From Mobula hypostoma (Eukaryota): a stretch of DNA of 64,000 bases. The notes below the pieces were generated by a model that was not told the origin of the DNA, searched no databases, and saw only the letters and a list, made by a program, of their open reading frames with translations. Made by a program: the position numbers and the translations under genes. Shown in pieces: positions 36,825-49,789 of this stretch. The stretch is from assembly GCF_963921235.1 (NCBI RefSeq), contig NC_086097.1:17484001-17548000 (forward strand), given 5' to 3'. Positions within the stretch are counted from its first letter, which is position 1. Each line of letters opens with the position of its first letter.

Positions 36825-38000
36825 CCATGTATATGGATTTCAGTAAGGCATTTGATAAGGTTTCCCATGCAAGGCTCCTTCAGAAGGTAATGAGGCATGG
36901 GATCCAAGGAGACCTTGCTTTGTGGATCCAGAACTGGCTTGCCAACAGAAGACAAAGGGTGGTTGTAGATTGTTTGTATTCTGCATGGAGGTCAGTGACC
37001 AGTGGTGTTCTGCAGCAATCTGTTCTGGAACCTTTACTGTTTGTGATTTATATAAATGACCTGGATGAAGATGTAGAAGTGTGGTTAGTAAGTTTGCTGG
37101 TGGCACAAAGGTTGGGGGTGTTGTGAATAGTCTGGAGGGTTGTCAAAGGTTACAGCGGGATATCGCTGGGATGCAGAACTGGGCTGAGAAGTGGCAGGTG
37201 GTCTTCAACCCAGATAAGTGTGAAGTGGTTCATTTTGGTAGGTCCAATTTGAAGACAGAAAATAATTTAAGTGGTAAGACTCTTGGCAATGTAGAGGATC
37301 TGAGAGATCTTGGGGTCTGTGTCGACAGGACACTCAAAGCTGCTCTGCAAGTTGACAGCGTTGTTAAGAAGGCATATGGTGTGTTGGCCTTCAGCAACCG
37401 TGGGACTGAGTTCAAGAGCCATGAGGTAATGTTACAGCTATATAAGACCTTGGTCAGACCCCAGTTGGAGTACTGTGTTCAGTTCTGGTCACCTCACTAC
37501 AGGAAGGATGTGGATACTATAGAGAGAGTGTGAAGGAGATTTACAACGATGTTGCCTGGATTGGAGGGTGTACATTATAAGAATAGTTGAGTGTACATGG
37601 CCTTTTCTCTTTGGAGTGATGGAGGATGAGAGGTGACCTGATAGAGGTGTATAAGATGATGAGGATCATTGATCATGTGGATAGCCAGAGGCTTTTTTCC
37701 AGGGCTGAAATGGCTAACATGATGGTGCATAGTTTTAAGATGGTTGGAAATAGGTACCGAGGGGACGGCAGGGGTAAATTTTTCACACAGGAGAGTGGTA
37801 GATGCATGGAATGCACTACTGGTGTTGATGGTGGAAATAGATACAATAGGGTCTTTTAAGAAACTCTTAGATAAAACTCTTCATGGAGCTGAGAAAAATA
37901 GAGGGCAATGCACTAGGGAAATTCTAGGCAGTCTCTGGAGTATGGTCGGCATAACATTGTGGGCCAAAGGGCCTGTAATGTGCTGTAAATTTCTATGTTC
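36825..38000 (+). mobile_element. CR1 LINE 3' portion, degenerate
   Basis: YMDFSKAFDKVSH, YINDLD and RPQLEYCVQFWSP fragments. It interrupts a decayed Penelope-tail element (~36765-36824 / 38001-38090). Confidence 0.9.
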
Positions 38001-38691
38001 ATTTCCCTCTACAGATGCTGTAGGACCTGTTGACTTCCTTCAATGGTTTGCTTTATTTTTGCTCCAGATTCTAGCGTCTGGAATCTTGTGTCTGTAGTCA
38101 TGTAAAGATCATCTTTAGAGAGAATAGGGAACACTAATCTTTGATGTTTAAGTGTTTTGCATCACCAAGTATCCCTTATCATAAACACTCTAGGGCCTAC
38201 CATTTACTGTAAACTTAATTGTACCAGCCAGCTAAATTATGTGGCTATGAGATCAGAATAGAAACTGATTCAGGTGACTCAATTTTTGACATCAGGATGT
38301 CTTTCTACCATCAATAGTCTGTCCATAGAGTGATGGAATACAATTTACTTGTCACGATGAGTGCACTGTCAACAACACTCAGACATTTTGCACCATACTT
38401 GACAAAGCAACCTGCTTGTGGCATCTCATGCACTGTCTTAAACATCTATTCCACCACAAACTGAGTATAGTAGCTGTAGTGTGCACCATTGTTATAAACT
38501 GCACTAGAGTTGCTGGCTACTCTGCACACATGACCATTGCCACCAAGCAATTCAAGGAGACACCACCACTACAGCTTTCCTTTAAAGAAACACATTATCC
38601 TGACCTGAAAATTTGTTTCGGTTCCTCTCCTTCTTAGAACTGAAATTCTATAACTCGGTAGCCAGCAACACTCTGGAAGGAACTACACCAT

Positions 38692-38993
38692 CTGTTAGTC
38701 TTGCGAGACCATGGATCTGCACCTGGAAAGTCTTCACTCTCCGGGCGCAGGCCTGGGCAAGGTTGTATAGAAGACTGGCAGTTGCCCATGCTGCAAGTCT
38801 CCCCTCTCCACGACACCGATGTTGTCCAAGGGAAGGGCGTTAGGACCCATACAGCTTGGCACCAGTGTCGTCACAGAGCAATGTGTGATTCAGTGCCTTG
38901 CTCAAGGACACAACACACTGCCTCAGCTGGGGCTCAAACTCACGACCTTCAGATTGCTAGTCGAACGCCTTAACCACTTGGCCACGTGCCCAC
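38692..38993 (-). mobile_element. tRNA-derived SINE (CORE-like central motif, RTE-like tail)
   Basis: A box TGGCCAAGTGG, B-box-like GAGTTTGAGCC and gtgtccttgagcaaggcact; 11-bp TSD aactacaccat (38681-38691 / 38994-39004). Confidence 0.85.
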
Positions 38994-39573
38994 AACTACA
39001 CCATAAGAGTGTTGATTTAAGATGACTCACTCCCATCTTTTAAATATAATGAATCGTTGAATGTTCAATTCTTTGAATTAACTTCAAGGCTAACTTCAAG
39101 GCTAAAAGGCTGTTTTTAGTCTCCTAAGGCATCTATCTATTTCTAGTGGAAAGGGGATTGATTTTTTTTGTCTAGAAATGTAGCTATTGTCTCTTCCTCT
39201 ACAGATTCAAACTTTATGATCGTCTCCAGCATTTTCTGCTTTTATTAAAGAAAAGCATGGTTTTAATGGAGAGGAATAAAATTAATAATTTTTTGTTATT
39301 GTCACATGTGAAATGTAGGGTACAAATAAAACCATACAAATTGTTTAATAATAATTGTGCATTTGAGGTAGTACAATGGAACACAATAACAGAATGCAGA
39401 ATAAAGTGTAACAGCCATAAAGAAAGTGCAGTGCATGCAGAAAATAAGGTGCAAGTTTGCAAGGAGGTAGATGTCAAAGTTGGAAGTCTATTTTATCATA
39501 CTAGGGAAATATTCAGTACTCATAACAACAGGATAGAAGCTGATCCTGAGCCTGCACATGTTTTCAGATATTA

Positions 39574-41157
39574 CAGTGCCTATAAGAAGTATTCACTCCC
39601 CTTGGAAGTTTTCATGTTTTATTGTTTTACAACATTGAATCACAATGGATTTAATTTGGCTTTTTTGATACTGACCAGCAGAAAAAGACTTTCATGTTAA
39701 AGTGAAAACAGTTCTCTATAAAGTGGTATAATTTAATTACAAATATAAAACACACAATGATTGCACAATTATTCACCCCCTTGAGTCAGTATTTAGTAGA
39801 TGCACCTTTGGCGGCAATTACATCTTTGAGTCTGTGTGGATAGGTGTCTATCAGCTGTGCCAATCTGGACACTGCAATTTTTCCCTATTCTTCTTTAGAA
39901 AACTGCTCAAGCTCTGTCAGATTGCATGGGGATTGTACTTGAACAGCCATTTTCAAGTTCAGCCACAAATTCTCAACTGGATTGAGGTCTGGACTCATGA
40001 CTTAGCCACACCAGGATATTAACTTTGTTGTTTTTAAGCCATTCCTGTGGAGCTTTGTCTTTATGCTTGGGGTCATTGTCTTGCTGGAAAACATATCTTT
40101 TCCCAAGTTGCAGTTACGCTTGCAGACTGCATCAAGTTTTCCTCCAGGATTTCCCTGTATTTGGCTGCATTCATTTTACCCTCTACCTTCACAATCCTTC
40201 CAGGGCCGACTGCAGTGAAGCATTTCCACAGCCTGATGCAGCCATCACCATGCTTAATGGTAGGGATAGTGTGTTTTTGATGTGTGATGATGGGCTTATG
40301 CCAAACATAGCATTTAGTCTGATGGCGAAAAAACTCAATTTTGGTTTCATCAGACTAGAGAACCTTCTTCCAGCTGACTTCAGAGTCTGACTTCTGGTGA
40401 ACTCTACTTGAGATTTTATATGAGTTTTTTTTCAACAGTCTTTACCACTCTCCATAAAGCTGGGACTGGTAAAGCATCTGGGCACTGTTGTATGCACAGT
40501 CTCTCCCTTCTCAGCCACTGAAGCTTGTAACTCCTCCAGAGTTGTCATATGTCCCTTGATGGCCGACCTTTCTAATCCCCTTCTCACACAGTTACTCAGT
40601 TCTTGAGGACGGCCTTCTCTAGGCAGATTTACAGCTGTGCCATATTCTTACCATTTCTAGATGATTGACTTAACTATACTCCAAGGCATATTCAGTGAGT
40701 TGGAAATTGTCCTGTATTAATCTCCTGACTTGAGCTTATTAATAATCTTTTCACAGAGTTGCTTGGAATGTTCTTTTGTCTTTATGGTGTAGTTTTTGCC
40801 AAGATTCTAACTCACCAGCAGTTGGACCTTCCAGATACAGGTGCATTTTTACTGCTATCCATTGAAACACCTGACTACACACAGGTCTCCAAAATACCAA
40901 ATCTCCATTTAACTAATTATGTGACTTTTAAAACTAAATGGCTGCATCAGTGATGATTTGGTGTGTCTTATTAAATGTGGTGACTAGTTATGCAATCAAT
41001 TATTTTGTGTTTTATATTTGTAATTAATTTAGATCACTTTGTAGAGATGTTTTCACTTTGATACCAAAGTATCAAATTAAATCCTCTAAGATTTAATGCT
41101 TTAAAACAATAAAACATGAAAACTTCCAAAGGGGCTGAGTACTTTTTATAGGTACTA
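39574..41157 (-). mobile_element. Tc1/mariner DNA transposon, decayed
   Basis: TA|CAGTGCC...GGTACTA|TA with long TIRs (ttggaagttttcatgttttattg). Minus-strand transposase remnants PDLNPVEN and FQQDNDPKH. Inserted in a Rex fragment. Confidence 0.9.
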
Positions 41158-41334
41158 TAGATCTTCTGCCCTGATGGAAGGGGGTGGGGGGGGGGAGAAG
41201 AGAGAATGCCTAGGGTGGGATAGGTCATTAATTGTGTGCTGCTTTACTGACATGGCAAGATGCATTGAGGGTATGTTAGTTCCATGATCTGCCATGCTGT
41301 GTCGGCATAATTGATTTATATTCCCCTTCTATCA

Positions 41335-41645
41335 TCTTGAAAAGGCTGTGCCTCAGGAAGGTAGCATCTATCATTAAGTACCCTCACCACCTGGGACCTG
41401 TCCTCTTCTTGTTACTACCACCAGGGAAGTGGAAGAGGAATCTGAAGACCCACACTCAGAGTTTGAGGAACAGATTTTTCCCCCTCTGCCAACAGATTTC
41501 TGAACGGTGTACGAATTCATAAACACTACTTTGCTATTCCTCATTTGCACTATTTAATGTAACTTACAGCAATTTTTAATGTTTTGCATTGTACTGCTGC
41601 CACAAAGTGACAGATTTCAGAGTGATAACAAACCTGATTCTGATA
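41335..41645 (+). mobile_element. Rex1/Babar 3' fragment
   Basis: KRLCLRKVASIIKYPHHLGPVLFLLLP; aaacctgattctga tail. Confidence 0.75.
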
Positions 41646-42708
41646 CTATTCTTTAACATTCTTTCTTTTCCAGTAGTAATTTTCTACTTGTTATACACCT
41701 CCCACTGATTCCCCATTTTTTCTGACAGTACAAATAAGCAGTACAAATTTTACTCTTAATTTTTGTTGTTTGATGTTTGTTATTCCTGTTTCATATGCTC
41801 TTAGAATACAAATGAAATGGAGTATGAATAACTCACTTATGCTTAGTGTTTGCCATAATGAAAATAATGAAGAATTCATTTGTTCTCATTTTAAATTAGT
41901 ATGTATAATTGACAATTTTTTTTTTGAACTTCTGGATCTGTCCTGCACATTCAATTTTTGTTTCTTTTAATTCCTTATTCTGCGGCTCGGCCCTAGGAAA
42001 ATTTAATCGGGATAATTGAATTTAGAGGGGGGAGCCTAGGGAGTATTAAGTAATAAGTGGCCCAGGATAAAATAACTTGCTGACTGATAAAGAGTTAATT
42101 GATGCAGCCTAACTTTATTATTGCTTGTTCATTTCAACAATAAATTGAAATTTCCCTAGTCACGCATTGTGTGAGATATGAGGACTGGCCAAAGGAGAAT
42201 GTTTTTTAATAGGGTAGCTTGAATTACTTAGCAGTTTGAATGTTAAGCTGGGTCAAAATAGCTGCGAAGTTCAATACAGTGTTTGCCAAATAGCAGAAAT
42301 AGTACTTTTCTGGGGATTTTTTCATCTCTAATTTTCAATCACTCTGACTTTGTGCATATGCCGGCACAATGACATATAATGAAAATGAGTATTTGCACCC
42401 ATTTGGTCTTTCGCTGTATCATAGTAACAAAATCACCAGAATGGCATATAAGACTGGTAGCTTATCTTGTTTTTTCATAGTTCCAGTTTTATTTCCCTAA
42501 CCATCATCCCATCTAAAATTATTTACTATCATACAGAACAGTAACTAGGCTTGCAATGTAGACCTGGTAGGCTTGCTCAGCTAGATTTAGAGGTATACTT
42601 GGGCATTGATTTGTGATTTAATATGAACATTCCTACTCAAAATAACTAAAATAAATAAATCTTTGTGAAGAAGAATTTTATAATTTACAAAGGTGATTTT
42701 CCTTATAG

Positions 42709-42779
42709 GCCTAATGTTTGTGGGAAAAAATGCTGTCCTGGATGGACTGTGAGCCGAAGTACAAACCGATGTATGAAAC
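42709..42779 (+). CDS. ltbp2: LTBP2-like internal coding exon (N-terminal 4-Cys region; equivalent to LTBP exon 2)
   Basis: Acceptor ttttccttatag and donor C|GTAAGT; 71 bp. Translates (G)PNVCGKKCCPGWTVSRSTNRCMK(P), matching the remembered LTBP2 motif NVCGGQCCPGWT..STNHCIKP. Joins in frame with the exon at 60199. Too short for the ORF track. Confidence 0.9.
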
Positions 42780-42954
42780 GTAAGTAAGATAGTTAAGGAA
42801 AATATTTTTGTCATTGTTTAATTGTGGTAAAATTTTGTTTTGATGAAATGTGGCTTGGATTCAGATAGTATACTTGATAAAATAATTTTATTAGTTATAT
42901 TGAAAATACATATAAAAGGAGAATAAATCTTAACAAGATTAATACATTTTAAGA

Positions 42955-45095
42955 GTGAAAACAATTCCAGTTGAAGTTAGAGATGGAATGGGATGCACGC
43001 CAGCTCTAGCAGGATTTGCAAGCCATTACTTTCTCCAAGGCAAAACCTAGCTTTGTGAATGACTGTGATGCTTCACTCCCAAATGAGCTCAAAGCCTTTT
43101 ATGCACACTTTGAAAGGGAGAATAAAACTACACATCTGCGAATCCCTGCAGCATCTGATCATCCTATGATCTCTGTCTTGGAGGCCAATGTCAGAATGTC
43201 TTTCAAGAGGATGAACCCTCATCAGGTGTCAGGCCTTGACGGTGAATTTGGTACAGCACTGAAAACCTGTGTCAATCCAACTGACTGGCATGTTCAAGGA
43301 CATCTTCAATCTCATAGTGCTGCAGTTGATGTTTCCCACTGTTTCAAAATGGTGACAATCATACCAGTGCCCAAGAAGATCAGGGTGAGCTGCCTCAATG
43401 AATATCGCTCTGTTGCACTTACATCTATCATGATGAAGCGCATTGAGAGGTTCGTCATGGTCAGATTCAACTCCTGCCTAAGTAAGGACCTAGACCTGCT
43501 GCAATTTGTCTTTCGCAACAATAGGTCTACAGTGGATGCAATCTCACTGGCTTTCCACTCAGCCTTCGATCATCTGGACAATAGCAATATCTACATCAAG
43601 CGGCTGTTTATTGATTACAGCTCAGTGTTCAACACCATTATACCCTCATTACTAATGAAGAAGCTCCAAACCCTGGGCCTCTGTACCTCCCTCAGCAACT
43701 GGATCCTTTACTTACTCATTCGTTGTCGTAGCTATCCCTCGAGGTCGAGGATGATGGTCTTCATTCTGAAGAAGTGGCCCACAGAGTGAAGACGCCTATG
43801 TGTGTATTTGTTTAACATGTACTTGATGTTGCACTCCAAGAAACACATGATACTTCACAGATCAACCAACTGATTCCAATGGCATGGAAACCACGACGAT
43901 TGGAGCTGATGGACTTGTTGCAGCCTTCATCCACCTTCAGAGCCATTGAGTTCGAAGTAACTTTGTGCGCCTGTTCCGCAGTTGAGGTCTTGATTGGATT
44001 GTTGTTTGTCAGGGACCTCACCCTCGACCTTACCGCCATGGGTGACCCTACCAGGAGCATAGCTCCAGACGGCATTGCTCTTGGGATCATAGGACCACAC
44101 AAGCTTCTCCACCACGACAAGGTGACAATCCACAGAGATGACTTGATCTTTGGGAGACCACAGTTAGTGTGGTTTGGAAATAAGATCTTGCTGACAGTCA
44201 ACACCAGTGTACCTCAAGGGCGTGTGCTTTGCCCATTACTCTACTCTTTCTACACACGTGTATGTGGATAGGCACAGCTCAAACACTAACTATAAATTTG
44301 CCGACTGCACAACTATTGTTGACAGAATTTCAGATGGTGATGAGGAGGCATACAGGAGTGAAATGGATCATCTGGTTGTCACAACAATGATCTTGCAATC
44401 AGCCTCAGTAAGACAGAGGAATAGATGGTGGACTCCTGGAAGGGAAAATCAAAGAAACAGACACTAGTTCTCATTGAGTGATCATCAGTGGAAAGAGTAA
44501 GCAGTTTCAAGTTCCTGGGTGTCAATATCTCTGAGGATCTATCCTGGGCCCAACATATTGATGCAATTATAAAGAAGGCATGACTGCAGCTATATTTCAT
44601 TAGCTTGAGGCGATTTGGTATGTCACCAAAGACTCTAGCAAATTTCTACAGCTGTACTGTGGAGAGCATTCTAACTGGTCGCATAATGTCTACACAAGAT
44701 CAAAAAAAGTTGCAGAGGGTTGTAAACTACGCCATGTCCACCATGGGAGGCACTAGCCTCCCCATCGTTGAGGACATCTTCAAAAGGCAATGCCTTAAGA
44801 AGGGAACATCCATCATTAAGGTTTCCCTATCACCAGGACATGCCCTCTTCTCACTGCTACCATCAAGGAGGAAATACTGCAGGCTGAAGACATCTCAATA
44901 TTTTAGGAAGAACTTCTTCCTCTCCTCCATCAGATTTCTGAACAGACAATGAACCCATGTACACTACCTCCCTATTTTATTTGATTTGTCTTTTTGTACT
45001 ACTTAGCTAATTTATTTTTATATATTTTTACTTATTATCGCAAAACAACATCTTTTATGACATATGCCAGTGATTATCAACCCTGGTTCTGATTC
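42955..45095 (+). mobile_element. Rex1/Babar LINE, degenerate, with nested insertion
   Basis: IIPVPKK..CLNEYRSVALTS, LFIDYSSVFNTIIP, MRRFGMSPKTLANFY; cctggttctgattct tail. Confidence 0.88.
43720..44140 (-). mobile_element. Short non-autonomous RTE-derived element
   Basis: Minus 5' end caccttgtcgtggtggagaagcttg...gggtcacccatggcggtaaggtc resembles RTE/BovB-type 5'UTRs; short repeat tail; interrupts the Rex reading frame. Confidence 0.55.
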
Positions 45096-46062
45096 TAAAT
45101 ACTATCTTACCTACAAAATATTACTAAGAAAGGAACACAGTAAGATTTGTTACAACTCTCTGATATCACGTTATCAGAGAAAACAATGCAGTTCTGCATC
45201 ATTAGAGAAAGGTATCCATTTTCCACATCCCATCTGGTATTGGAAATTCCTCGCAACAGCAAATAGATCTTAACTTCAATAGCTAATTTCTCTATAAGTC
45301 AGAAATATCCATTACTATATCCACTTTCCACTCATTTCACTATACAGTTGTACATACACTTCCTGTAATTCTTCAATTTCATTAAATATTCATCATAATG
45401 CTACCCATAATTAAATTATTGGAATATATACTGTATCCAGTCATTAATGAATACCATTAAAGATTTTACTATTTTTATTGCCATCTTGTAATGTGCTTTA
45501 ATGTATGGGAGAATTTAAGTTGGATTTCCGTAAATCAGTTTATCCATAACTCGGGGAGTCTCTGTACTCAGTGTTTCGAGCTATAAAAGCAAGTATACCA
45601 AGTGCCTTTTGCATTACACTATCCGCTTGTGTCACTACTTTCAGTGGGCTACAGAAGACAGCAAGAACTTCTATTTAGAATAGTGATTCTAAATTCTGGA
45701 TCACTTCGTTGATGAGAATTTCTTTGCATATTTTTGGGTACATATGTAACTAATATTATAAAATCACAAGTATGCTAACAATGTGGTAAACAGCTTGGGA
45801 AACACTGGTTACTACAGTATTTTGTCACATAATCAAGAATTGCTAGTTCATGCATACGAAAGAGCATTTCCACTGAAAAGTTTTGCATTACCTTTGGAAT
45901 GGAAAAGTGATGCAATGGGCGAAGAAAGAAGATATTCTCTGATATTTGCTGTTCCTTGGGATTTCTGGAAGAAGGGATGTTTGTGGACACTGTCTTCTCC
46001 ATCTTCACCAGCTTCTGGATTGATTGACCTGATCTCATGTTTGGAGCAGTGCAAAGGGTCCT

Positions 46063-48378
46063 TTGTATTAGCCACTTCCACGCTAAGAAAAATCTCTGGC
46101 TGTTCAGTCTATCTATTTCTCTTCTCATTTTGTACACTTCTATCAGGTTATCTATCATTGTCCTTTGCTTCAAAGAGAAAAGCTCCAGCTTGCTTAACCT
46201 ATCATCATAAGACATGCTTTCTAATCTAGGTAAAATCCTGTGAAATCTCTTCTGTGACCTCCCTAAATATTTCACTCTCTTTCCATAATGAGGCACCTAG
46301 AACTGAACACAGTACTTCAAGTGTGGTCTAACAGCGTTATATAGAGCTGCTACATTACCTTATGGCTCTTGAACTCAGTCACTCAGCTGTTAAAGGCCAG
46401 CACACTATAAGATGTAATAATCGCTGGTCTATCATTCCCAGTGTTATCCCTATTACCTTTTTTGAACAAATGAATAACATTTGCCACCTTCCAATCTTCT
46501 GATACTACACCTGTGGCCAATGAGGATGCAAAGATCATTGCCAAGGGTTCAGCAACAACAATTTATTCTCTCGATTCCTGTAGTAACCAGGGGTGTATCC
46601 CATCCATCCCTGGGGACTTAACTATCCTAATGTATTTCAAATGCTTCAGCATATCCTCTTTCTTAACGTCTACATGTTGTAACATAACAACTTGTTTTAC
46701 ACCGTCTTCACATTTGTCAAGGTCCCGCTCATCGGTGAATACTGAAGCAAAGTATTCTTTAAGGACCACCCCTACCTCTGTCAACTCCAGGCACGTTTCC
46801 TCTTCTATCTCTGATCGGTTCTACCCTCAGTCTATTCAATGTTCTGGTCTCACATATGTGTAGAACATCTTAGGGTTTTCCGTAATCCTACTTGCCAAGG
46901 CCTTCTCATACCCCTTTTCTAGCCCCGCTTTCAAATGCTCTTCCTGATTAGCTTATAACTCTCCAGAATCTTGTCTGATCCTCACTTCCTAAACCTTAAG
47001 TGTGCCTTCTTCCTCTTGACTAGATGTCCCATATCTCTTGTTAACCACTGTTCCTTCACTCTACCATCCGTTCTCTGCCTCAGTGGGGCAAAGCTATTCT
47101 GAACCCTATGCAAATGCTTCTTAAATATCCTCCACATTTCTGTTGTGCATTTCCCTGAGTACATCTGTTCCCAATTTTGCCCTCCCCTTATACCTATACT
47201 GCCTGCTCCTATTATTGTCCAAGGCTATAGTAAAGGCCTGGGAGTTGTGGTCACTGTCTCAAAAACGCTCACCCATGGAGAGATCTGTCATCTGACTAAG
47301 TTCATTGCTTAGTACCAGATCCAGTATAGTTCCTTCTCTAGTCAGTCTGTCCACATATTGTGTCAGGATCCTTCCTGTGCATACCTAACAAATTCTGCCA
47401 TGTCTAAACATTTTGCACTAAGGAAGTGCTGATCCATAGTAGGGAAATTGAAGCCACCCAAAATGCCAAGCCTGTTATTTTTGCACCTTTCTAAAATTTG
47501 CCTCCTGATCTGCTCCTTGGTGTCTCTGCTGCTATGGGACCATCTATGGAATACTTCCAATAGAATGATTGCTCCTTTCTTGTTTCTGACTTTCAGCCAC
47601 GCTGTCTCCACTATCTCTTCATCTACCTCTTTCAGAATCCTGGATGTAGTCCATTTGGTCCATATGACTTATTTACTGTCAGATCTTTCAGCTTCTAAAG
47701 CACCTTCTCCTTAGTGATATTGACTACACTCACTGCTCTTTGACACTACTGAATTTTTTTTTTTTTGCGTGATGCTGGTGTCTTTCACAGTGAAAACTAA
47801 TGCAAAATACTTACCTAGTTTGTCTGCTATTTCTTTATTCACCATTACTATTTCTCCAGTGTTATTTTCCCGTGGTCTAATGTCTAATGTACTCTTTGTA
47901 TATCTTAAAAAAAAATCTTCTGGTATCTTCTTTTATATTATTAACTAGTTTACTTTCATATTTCATCTTTTCTCTCCTTATTGCTATTTTTAGTTGCCTA
48001 TTGTTGGGTTTGAAAAGCTTCCCATGATTTTTTTGCTACATTTTAAGCTCTTTCTTTTGCTTTTATGTTGATTTTTGACTGACTTTGTCAGCAAGATTTC
48101 TTGTGTTTCTGTAGTTGTCTTTAATCAACTATAATAACAATACATCAAATTTTAGCTTTTCCCTCTCAAACTGCAAGGTGAATTCTCTCATATTATGATC
48201 ACTGCTTCCAAAGGGTTTCTTCATCTTAAACTCCCTAATCAAATATGGTTCATTACACAACATCCAATCCAGAATTGACTCTTTTCTAGTGAGCTCAACC
48301 ACAAGCCACTTTAAGAAGCCATCTTGTAGGCATTCTACAAATTCCTCTGTTTGGGATTGAACAACAACCTGATTTTCG
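46063..48378 (-). mobile_element. Degenerate CR1 fragments (two joined pieces with internal deletions)
   Basis: EYFASVFT, KSPGMDGIHP, GGFNFP and SDHNMREF remnants. Confidence 0.8.
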
Positions 48379-49789
48379 CTACTTCCTAAGCAAGATGAGC
48401 TAGTAGTATACCATGAAATTAATTTAATGACAGTACTGATGAACTGCAATATTTATTGCTAATTTGCTGTTTTTATGTTGCCTACTAAAGTCACAATGAA
48501 TTAACATTGTTATTATGAGGAAAAGGCTGCCCTATAAGGGTACAGATATGATTCGATACACTTCTTCTGCTTAAGATACTAAGTCTTGAATTACTATCCC
48601 TGCCATACAAGACAATGAATTGTATCCTCCATCAGATACTGCCATTCCAGATACAAGCCCTGAAAAGTGATATGATATAAAAGTTTTTGAACAGTAATCA
48701 GAGAATTCATTTTGTCTAGTCAACATTTGAATTGAGGTCAATTAACCAGTAAGATACAGGCTATTTGGCACACCAAACCCTTGCCTACCATGGAGACCTT
48801 TACACTAACCTACAAGAAGTTGTTAAAATGTCAAACTGGCTATCCTACTATCTGGAGAGGTGCAGGAGATTAGGAATCATCTATTGTAGGTGAACATGTG
48901 TTACTCTTTCAATATTTTGAGTTCACATTTAAGTTGAAAACAAGTAATCATGCATCTGTTTTTTATTAGCAAATATAGAGAAATTGGAAATATGTGGAAA
49001 AGACAGGAGATGAATAAATATTATGGGATAGAAGATGAGTGATTGAATTATAAAGTAAGCAGGATCATTATTAATAGCTTCTCTCCAAAAATAATATAAA
49101 CAACTTTTATGATATACTTCTACTTGTGTAAACTAGGACACATAAGTATTGAAGGACATTTCTCATGATTAATCGATGTTTTTGGGGCAGACATAAAGAG
49201 GAGGGTACAATAAGACAACAATTTAGTTACTAGCATTCATTACTGTCCCAAACTTCTTCTCATAAAGAAATTATTTGTAATAAGCTAGTGAAGCTCCTAG
49301 ACCTTTTTGAGTCTTTTCAAGACAAGTAAGGTCCTGCCAGAATTTGCTCTTCCTTCTCAGATATTTTGCAGCCAGTGCAACACATACGAAATGCGCAAGC
49401 AGGCAGTATCTACAGAAATGAATAAACAGTGGACGTTTTAGGCCAAGAATCCTCATCAGGAATGGAAAGGAAGTGGGAAGATGCCAGAATTCTCTGCCGG
49501 ATCCATGGCTTTTGCAGCCAAAATTTATAATGAGAAATATACAGAGAAATTTAGCTGTTTCAAAGAAGAGACACCCCAGCCTTCAATCTGAGCTGTCCAT
49601 GGTACTAAAGCAGAGCATCCACAGCAAACATAACTACTTACATTTCATAATGTCATCTTATTGGTGAGCTGAAATCAACATGAGGGCTCATTCATTAGTG
49701 ATGCAGAGCAAATTTAAAAACAGCTGAAGAGCTTCCAACTTCTTCTCTGTAGTCAGATATCAGCATGTGGAAATAAAAAGGAGGTGTAA

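Noticed and set aside
38880..38993. tRNA gene
   Set aside because: A/B boxes are present, but the sequence continues into a SINE body and is flanked by an 11-bp TSD; the same applies to the SINE head at 56928.
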